Shown piece by piece: positions 57,917-64,000 of a stretch of 64,000 nt of DNA (positions are counted from its first letter, which is position 1; every line of letters begins with the position of its first letter). The DNA comes from Candidatus Latescibacterota bacterium. Lineage in GTDB: Bacteria > Latescibacterota > UBA2968 > UBA8231. The position numbers and the translations under genes are program-made. The notes beneath the pieces were generated by a model that did no database searches, had not been told where the DNA came from, and saw only the letters and a list, made by a program, of their open reading frames with translations. Location of the stretch: positions 4,256,001 to 4,320,000 of the forward strand of contig CBDCDC010000002.1 of assembly GCA_965215195.1 (NCBI GenBank). Reading direction: 5' to 3'.

Positions 57917-59674
57917 ATGAGCCAACGCGACCATACCGCGTCCAAGCGCCGCCGTCACCGCCGCTCGGCTCCAATTTCGAGTGCGCGGCAGCGGCCGGCA
58001 AAGGGCGCGGTGCCTATCGGCGGCTGGCGGCGCTGGCCGCGCGGTGCCCTAGCCAACTTGGGCGCGTCGCCGGTTTTCCGCGCGTACATCTTTCTCGGCA
58101 GCATTGCCGCTATTTTGGCCTTCCTGCTCTACAACGAGTCGATCATCGCCGAATTGCGCGAACACGAAAAGAACCGGGTCGATCTCTATGCACACCTGAT
58201 CTCGTTCGCGCCGCAGGCATCGGAAGGCCAGATTCCCACCCTTTTCACCGAGGTGATTACCAAGGTCGATTTCCCGCGCATCATCACCAACCACCGCGGC
58301 GAGATCATCCAGGCCGAGGACATCGATACTGCGAGCTTCTTGGACACTTGGGCCTTTTGGCGCAGCGAAGCGACGGACGCGCACGCCGTATCGACCGCTC
58401 AGCTACACAGGCTGATCGAGGAAATGGACGTTCAGAATCCGCCTATTTCCTTTTATTGGTCGCCAGAGACCTTGGGGCGGCTCTACTGCGAGGACGGCCG
58501 CGTCGTCATCGCGGATACCCAAGGGGCCATCGCGGCTTGGCAGGGGACGGGCCTGCCAGCGAGCAGCGACACTTCGGCGGCTGCGCTCGCCGAGGTGCAA
58601 CGGGCGTTGCAGGAGATGGAGGCCGGAAAACCGCTGTCCTTCAGCGCACCGGCCGCTAGCTTTAGCTATCTGCACTGGGACGGGACCAACGCGATCATCG
58701 CGGATGCCGAGGGCCAGTTTAGGGCTTGGGTGGGGGCTGGGTTGCCGCCGGCTAGCGACGATTCCAGCAAAGCGGTTCAAGATCAGGTCCGAGCCTTTGT
58801 CGATAGCTTGGCCCGCCAACGCCCGCCCCTAGAGTTCAGGATCCCGGCCGAGCACTATATCCACTACGGCGACACGAGCTTGGTCGGCCGCATTTCCCTC
58901 GCCCCTTTCGTGCAGATCGGCGTATTGTTTCTCTTTCTGCTCGTCGGCTATATCGGCTACCGCAACATTAAGCGCAGCCAGCAGCGCTCGCTTTGGGTGG
59001 GCATGGCCAAGGAGACGGCCCACCAGCTTGGGACCCCGCTCTCCTCCCTGTCCGGGTGGCTGGAACTGCTGCGCGGCGAGGTCGCCACCGCCCCGAAGCC
59101 GGACCGAGACGAGCGCTGGGAGCGCGTCGATCAGATGATCGGGGAGATCCAGCAGGACATGCGCCGCCTCGACCAAATTGCCTCGCGCTTCAGTCAGATC
59201 GGCTCGGTGCCCGAACTAGAGGAAAAGGACGTAGCTGCCGTGCTGGAGGAGACGATTGAGTACTTCCGGCGTCGCGTTTCGCAGTTCGGGCGGCAGGAAA
59301 TCGAACTGGAGTGCCTAGGCGAGTTGCCTCCGGTGCCGGTCAACGCCGAATTGATGAGCTGGGCGTTTGAGAATCTGTGCAAGAACGCCATCGACGCCAT
59401 GGATGGCCAGACGGGCCGCTTGTGCATCCGCATGGAGCTTTTGCCCGAAGGCCGCGCCGTGCAGGTCGCGTTTCAGGACGACGGGCGCGGCATTGAACCC
59501 GAGCACGTCAAGCGCATCTTCGAGCCGGGGTTCAGCACCAAGAAGCGCGGCTGGGGGCTGGGGTTGGTGTTTGTCAAGCGCATCGTCGAAGAATACCACA
59601 AGGGCAAGATCAGCTTGGTGCATAGTGCGCCGGGCGAGGGCACGACCTTTGAGGTGGTTTTGCCTCTAGGATGA
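57917..59674 (+). CDS. Membrane sensor histidine kinase with a triplicated periplasmic module
   Basis: Two TM helices; GMAKETAHQLGTPLSSL H-box; ENLCKNAIDAM, DDGRG, GFSTKKRGWGLGL. Confidence 0.9.
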   Translation: MSQRDHTASKRRRHRRSAPISSARQRPAKGAVPIGGWRRWPRGALANLGASPVFRAYIFLGSIAAILAFLLYNESIIAELREHEKNRVDLYAHLISFAPQASEGQIPTLFTEVITKVDFPRIITNHRGEIIQAEDIDTASFLDTWAFWRSEATDAHAVSTAQLHRLIEEMDVQNPPISFYWSPETLGRLYCEDGRVVIADTQGAIAAWQGTGLPASSDTSAAALAEVQRALQEMEAGKPLSFSAPAASFSYLHWDGTNAIIADAEGQFRAWVGAGLPPASDDSSKAVQDQVRAFVDSLARQRPPLEFRIPAEHYIHYGDTSLVGRISLAPFVQIGVLFLFLLVGYIGYRNIKRSQQRSLWVGMAKETAHQLGTPLSSLSGWLELLRGEVATAPKPDRDERWERVDQMIGEIQQDMRRLDQIASRFSQIGSVPELEEKDVAAVLEETIEYFRRRVSQFGRQEIELECLGELPPVPVNAELMSWAFENLCKNAIDAMDGQTGRLCIRMELLPEGRAVQVAFQDDGRGIEPEHVKRIFEPGFSTKKRGWGLGLVFVKRIVEEYHKGKISLVHSAPGEGTTFEVVLPLG

Positions 59675-59744
59675 GGTAGAAGTTGAGGAACGGGCGCGAG
59701 CTTAGATCGTCATCTTAAGAATGAAATTTTACAAAAAGGCGGGC

Positions 59745-61307
59745 ATGGAAGGGGACAAGCGAAAGATACTCTGGGCCGACGACGAGATCGACCTGTTGCG
59801 GGCGCATCGGCGCTTTCTCGACGAAAGGGGTTACGCGGTGACGCCGGTGAGCAACGGCAAGGACGCCATCGCCCTGATTGCCCAAGCGCCCTTTGACATC
59901 GTGCTGCTCGACGAGATGATGCCGGGGCTGGACGGGCTTTCGACCTTGGAACAGATCAAGATGACCGATCCCAACGTGCCGGTGATTATGATCACCAAGA
60001 ACGAAGAAGAACACCTGATGGACGAGGCCATTGGCCGCCGCATCGACAACTATCTGACGAAGCCGGTCAATCCCAGCCAGATTTTCATGGCTTGCAAACA
60101 GCTCCTCGACGCGCGGCAGATTCGCCAAAGCCAAGCCGGGCAGCACTACGTCGCTAGGGCTGGCCAGATCCGCGAGCAGCTCGCGGGCGCGGTCACTTGG
60201 CAGACTTGGGTTGACGTACACCGGCAGCTCTGCAAGTGGGACATCGAAGTGGCGCGCTTGGGCGACGCGGGTCTCGGCCAGATGATTGGGGATCAGCGGC
60301 GCGAGTGCAACCGCGAGTTCGGGCGCTTTGTCGAACAGCATTACGCGCGCTGGATAGCGGACGAAGATGATTCGCCGCCGCTATCGGTGGATGTGGTGCC
60401 CGAGTTCGTGGTGCCCTATCTCGAACAGGGCCGGCAGGTATTCTTTATCGTGGTCGATTGCCTGCGCTTGGATCACTGGATGGTGATGGAGCCGCAATTG
60501 GCCGAGTACTTCAACATCAAGCACTCCTACCACTACTCGATTTTGCCTACGGCCACGCCCTTTGCGCGCAACGCGATCTTCAGCGGGCTTTTCCCCAAAG
60601 AGATCGCCGACAAGTATCGCACCACGTGGCGCGAGGCCCAAGACAACGAATACAGCCTCAACCGGCACGAGCACCAATTCATCGACGACTTGGTCTGCGA
60701 CATGGGCGTCGCGCTCAAGCCGGGTTCGCACTACGTCAAGGTGCTAGACACCAGCGAGGCGCGGAAATTGACCCGCAAGATACCGTCGCTGGGCAAGTGG
60801 CCGCTCGTGTCGGTGGTGTACAACTTTCTCGACATGCTGGTACACAGTCAGGCGCAGTCGGACCTGCTCAAGGAAATGGCCCCTAACGAGGCGGCATTTC
60901 GCGCATTGGTGCAGACGTGGTTTGGCAATGCGTCGCTCTTTGAGACCCTCAAGGGCATTGCCCGCACCGACGCGGTGGTAGTGCTGACGACCGACCACGG
61001 CTCAACGCGCGGTACGCGCGCTTCGGTGGTGCATGGGGACCGCAGCACGTCTTCGAGCCTGCGCTACAAGTATGGCCAGAACCTCCGCTGCGAGAAAAAG
61101 GACGCGCTGCTGATCGCCGACCCGGAAGCCTACGGGCTGCCTTCGACCGGCCTCGGGCACAGCTTCGTCATCGCCCGCGAGGACTTTTACTTCGTCTATC
61201 CGACCCAGTTCAACAAGTACCAGCGCCGCTATAAGGGCAGCTTCCAGCACGGCGGCATCTCTCTGGAGGAAATGATTTTGCCCGTGGCGATTATGGAGCC
61301 TAAGTAG
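59745..61307 (+). CDS. porX: PorX-like response regulator (REC plus PglZ/alkaline-phosphatase domain)
   Basis: ILWADDEIDLL, LDEMMPG, MITKNEEE, KPVNPSQ; DCLRLD, SILPTATPFARNAIFSG, TTDHG, SFQHGGISLEEM; followed by tsaE. Confidence 0.85.
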   Translation: MEGDKRKILWADDEIDLLRAHRRFLDERGYAVTPVSNGKDAIALIAQAPFDIVLLDEMMPGLDGLSTLEQIKMTDPNVPVIMITKNEEEHLMDEAIGRRIDNYLTKPVNPSQIFMACKQLLDARQIRQSQAGQHYVARAGQIREQLAGAVTWQTWVDVHRQLCKWDIEVARLGDAGLGQMIGDQRRECNREFGRFVEQHYARWIADEDDSPPLSVDVVPEFVVPYLEQGRQVFFIVVDCLRLDHWMVMEPQLAEYFNIKHSYHYSILPTATPFARNAIFSGLFPKEIADKYRTTWREAQDNEYSLNRHEHQFIDDLVCDMGVALKPGSHYVKVLDTSEARKLTRKIPSLGKWPLVSVVYNFLDMLVHSQAQSDLLKEMAPNEAAFRALVQTWFGNASLFETLKGIARTDAVVVLTTDHGSTRGTRASVVHGDRSTSSSLRYKYGQNLRCEKKDALLIADPEAYGLPSTGLGHSFVIAREDFYFVYPTQFNKYQRRYKGSFQHGGISLEEMILPVAIMEPK

Positions 61308-61312
61308 GAAAA

Positions 61313-61792
61313 GTGAAAAAGGTTTTCACCACGCACTCGGCCGCCCAGACCCACGCGTTGGGCGCTGCGCTGGGCCGGCTTTTGGCACCGGGCGATGTAG
61401 TCGCCTTTCGCGGCGACTTGGGCAGCGGCAAGACCTGCATGATCCAAGGCGTGTGCGAGGCCCTGCAAGTGGCCGATTACGTCACGAGCCCGACCTTTAT
61501 CCTGATCAACGAATACGCCGGGCAATACCGGGGCCGCGATCTGCCCGTCTATCACTTTGATCTCTATAGGCTGAGGAGTGCTGACGAGCTTGAGGAATTA
61601 GGGGCAGAAGAGTACTTTTACGGCTGCGGCGTCTGCTTGGTTGAGTGGGCCGAGCGCGCCGATGGCTCGTTGCCCGCTAGGTGCTGCCACGTGTGGCTAG
61701 AGCACGGCGAGGCTTCGGCCCGAGCTCAGCCGAGGGCTTGCGAGCGGCGGATTACCTTGCAGGGGGATGGGGTCGGCGAAATAGAGTTCTGA
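61313..61792 (+). CDS. tsaE: tRNA threonylcarbamoyladenosine biosynthesis ATPase TsaE
   Basis: GDLGSGKT, VTSPTFIL, YHFDLYRL, LVEWA. Confidence 0.95.
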   Translation: MKKVFTTHSAAQTHALGAALGRLLAPGDVVAFRGDLGSGKTCMIQGVCEALQVADYVTSPTFILINEYAGQYRGRDLPVYHFDLYRLRSADELEELGAEEYFYGCGVCLVEWAERADGSLPARCCHVWLEHGEASARAQPRACERRITLQGDGVGEIEF

Positions 61793-61813
61793 GAAATTGC
61801 CAAAGGGGGGACT

Positions 61814-62542
61814 TTGCAGCGGCTGATACTGTGTCTTTGCGTTGCCGCTGGACCGGCAGCGGCCGACCGGGCCGAGCTGACGAGCTTGGTCGATAGCCCG
61901 ACGGCCGGGCTGGTCAACAAGGGGCACTATGCGGTGAATGTTCGCCTGTTTGCCGACGGGGGGGCTGTCGCCCGCTTGCACCTTGGCGTGCTCAAGCGTC
62001 TGAGCGTGAGCGCGTCTTTTGGCGGCGAGCGGCTCATTGGCACGGGTGCGGTCAATTGGTACCCGCGAGTGGGATGGGCCACCCGCTGCCGAATCCTCGA
62101 AGAGGGCTACACGTGGCCGGCGCTGGTCGTGGGCTTCGATAGTCAGGGCGTCGGGCCGTATAGAGGCCAGCGCTACCAAGTCAAATCCAAGGGAATCTAC
62201 TTGGTACTGAGCAAGAATTACACCTCAATGTTAGGGGAACTCGGCGTCCACGCGGGTGCCAATCTGTCGCGCGAGGATGCCGACGACAGCGACTGGTCGG
62301 CGTGGTTGGGCATAGACAAGAGCTTGCGGTTTATGGCCCTGTTCGCCGAGTACGACTTGGGCCGCAGCAACGGCCTACCGAGTCAAGGCGTGGAAGATGG
62401 CTATTTGAACGTCGGAGGGGCGTGGACCGTATCGCCGCAGCTAAAATTCGCGTACTACGTCAAAAACGCGCTAAAAAGCGATCACTTCGGCTCCCAATCC
62501 ATTCGGGAGTTGTCCGTCACGTACAGGAGGAAATTCCGATGA
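61814..62542 (+). CDS. Outer-membrane beta-barrel protein (YjbH-like)
   Basis: Signal peptide; LVDSPTAG; PALVVGFDSQG; YLVLSK; amphipathic strands. Confidence 0.6.
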   Translation: MQRLILCLCVAAGPAAADRAELTSLVDSPTAGLVNKGHYAVNVRLFADGGAVARLHLGVLKRLSVSASFGGERLIGTGAVNWYPRVGWATRCRILEEGYTWPALVVGFDSQGVGPYRGQRYQVKSKGIYLVLSKNYTSMLGELGVHAGANLSREDADDSDWSAWLGIDKSLRFMALFAEYDLGRSNGLPSQGVEDGYLNVGGAWTVSPQLKFAYYVKNALKSDHFGSQSIRELSVTYRRKFR

Positions 62543-63906
62543 AGCTACTGGCTATTGCTTTGCTTGGCGTTTGGGTTGGTGGCGCAGTGGCCCAAGAGGA
62601 GCGGGCCATCGACAACTTTGCCGGGGTCGGGGTGCGGGCCATGGGCATGGGCGGTGCTTTTGTGGGGGTGGCCGACGACTTCACGGCCATGTACTGGAAC
62701 CCGGCGGGCTTGGCCCAGATGCAGCGGCGCGAGGTGCAGGTGTCTTTTCTGCGCAATAGCCGCGCCAACGACTCGATTTTCAACGGCACCCCGGGGAGCA
62801 GCGAGCTGACCAATACGCGCTTTGGCTCACTCGGCTTTGTCTATCCCTATCCGGTCTATCGCGGCAGCTTGGTCTTGGCGGCCGGTCTGACCCGCATCAA
62901 GGACTTCGACTGGAGCCTCAATCACAAAGGCGACGAAGACGGACTTGCTGCCGACCACGCCTTCCAGCACGAGGGCGAGTTGGCTTTGGCGGGAGTGTCC
63001 GCGGCCATTGACGTGTCGCCGGCCGTTTCGCTGGGCGCGACCCTCGGTTTGGTAAGCGGCGAAAACGAGGCCGTCAATGAATTTGACTGGGCCGATCCGC
63101 AGGACGAATTCTTCGAGCAGCGATTTCTCGCGCGCGACACCTTTACAGACGAATACCAGTGGACTCCGTATGCTGTCTTGGGCGCGATGCTGCGCACGCC
63201 GCGCGACAAGCTCCGCTACCGATTGGGCGCGACGTTTGCCACCGGGGGGACGCACAAAATTCGCTACGTCTTCCGCGGAGCCTCCTCCTATGGCAAACAA
63301 GACCCTTGCCAACACTTGCTCCCGGAAGCTACTCCAGACTCATTCCTTGAAGGGGATTACAGCTCCATTACGTGCGACGACGGGACCGTAGGGGAATTCC
63401 CGGAAGCGGTTGTGCGTAGCGCGTACGAACTGTCGCTGCCTTTTGAGTTTGGCGTGGGTGCTTCGGCCGAGGCCCTGCCGGGCCTGACACTCGCGGGCAG
63501 CCTGCACTTGGCCGAGTGGTCGCAGAGCGAGTACAAGGGGGCCGATGAGCATGGCTTGCGCGCTGATACCTCGTTTGAGACTCAGTACAGAGACGTCTTG
63601 CGCTATCACTTCGGCGTCGAGTACCAAGTGCCGATCGTCGCGCTGGATCTGCGGGCAGGCTACTTTGTGGACCCGATCCCCTTTGTCGGCCCGCGCGACC
63701 CCGGCTCCGACGATCCGCCCCTCCGCATTGAGGAGGACCGGCGCTTTATCACCCTCGGAGCCGGGATACTGCTCGACGAGGCCGTACAAGTCGATCTGGC
63801 TTGGGTGCGGGGTGCGTTTAAGCAAGTAGAAGAATACTCGGGCAATGAACTCAGCGAGGACTACGCGATCAATCGCCTAGTCGTCGGCGTGGGCTACAAC
63901 TTTTAG
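62539..63906 (+). CDS. FadL/PorV-like outer-membrane barrel
   Basis: RBS aggagg; signal peptide; GVRAMGMGGAFVGVADDFTAMYWNPAGLA; C-terminal GVGYNF barrel signature. Confidence 0.78.
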   Translation: MKLLAIALLGVWVGGAVAQEERAIDNFAGVGVRAMGMGGAFVGVADDFTAMYWNPAGLAQMQRREVQVSFLRNSRANDSIFNGTPGSSELTNTRFGSLGFVYPYPVYRGSLVLAAGLTRIKDFDWSLNHKGDEDGLAADHAFQHEGELALAGVSAAIDVSPAVSLGATLGLVSGENEAVNEFDWADPQDEFFEQRFLARDTFTDEYQWTPYAVLGAMLRTPRDKLRYRLGATFATGGTHKIRYVFRGASSYGKQDPCQHLLPEATPDSFLEGDYSSITCDDGTVGEFPEAVVRSAYELSLPFEFGVGASAEALPGLTLAGSLHLAEWSQSEYKGADEHGLRADTSFETQYRDVLRYHFGVEYQVPIVALDLRAGYFVDPIPFVGPRDPGSDDPPLRIEEDRRFITLGAGILLDEAVQVDLAWVRGAFKQVEEYSGNELSEDYAINRLVVGVGYNF

Positions 63907-63986
63907 GATTCTTTTTTTTGCTGCGATTGCTGGTTTGTGTATATTCAGGTCGAGAGATGAGTTTAACGCTCCTCAAGGAGGTAGTC

Positions 63987-64000
63987 ATGAAAATGAAGGC
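63987..64000 (+). CDS. Start of the next gene (truncated by the window end)
   Basis: RBS aaggagg followed by ATG AAA ATG AAG. Confidence 0.5.

Overview
A GC-rich bacterial chromosomal window. The gene content (FlgD/T9SS-CTD-like proteins, a PorX-type REC-PglZ regulator next to tsaE, C-terminal [ST]W[GA]xIK motifs) suggests an FCB-group organism such as Ca. Latescibacterota; this is an inference. From left to right it holds: a cusCBA-type heavy-metal RND efflux operon; a sigma54-type promoter before a decayed secreted-protein/ABC-permease locus; a type II restriction-modification pair and a DUF4143 ATPase lying behind a duplicated 3' end of a Rieske gene; a temptin-like CxxCH protein with a CopA-type ATPase; an AAA-nuclease gene; a 152-bp MITE; a Tm-1-like/cupin/TIM-barrel trio; TrmH, a class IV aminotransferase, an AlbA_2 protein and HicAB. 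A roughly 20-kb minus-strand block follows (transcription order: PPIase, CBM9-like protein, lipoprotein, three paralogous FlgD-Ig proteins ending in -AY, an 884-aa putative OM barrel, CRTAC1/ASPIC, TPR, ComEA-like, DapA-like aldolase, sugar ABC transporter). This block is the best candidate for an undescribed outer-membrane carbohydrate-capture/secretion system. The right part has xylB, glyA, a SelA-like gene, a tandem cassette array at the glk 3' end, glk, zwf, an epimerase, an ATP-cone 2-phosphoglycerate-kinase-like gene, bactofilin, HK-PorX-tsaE and two OM barrels. No rRNA, tRNA, CRISPR array, integrase or transposase was recognised. All calls rest on motif recognition by eye; no database searches were run.
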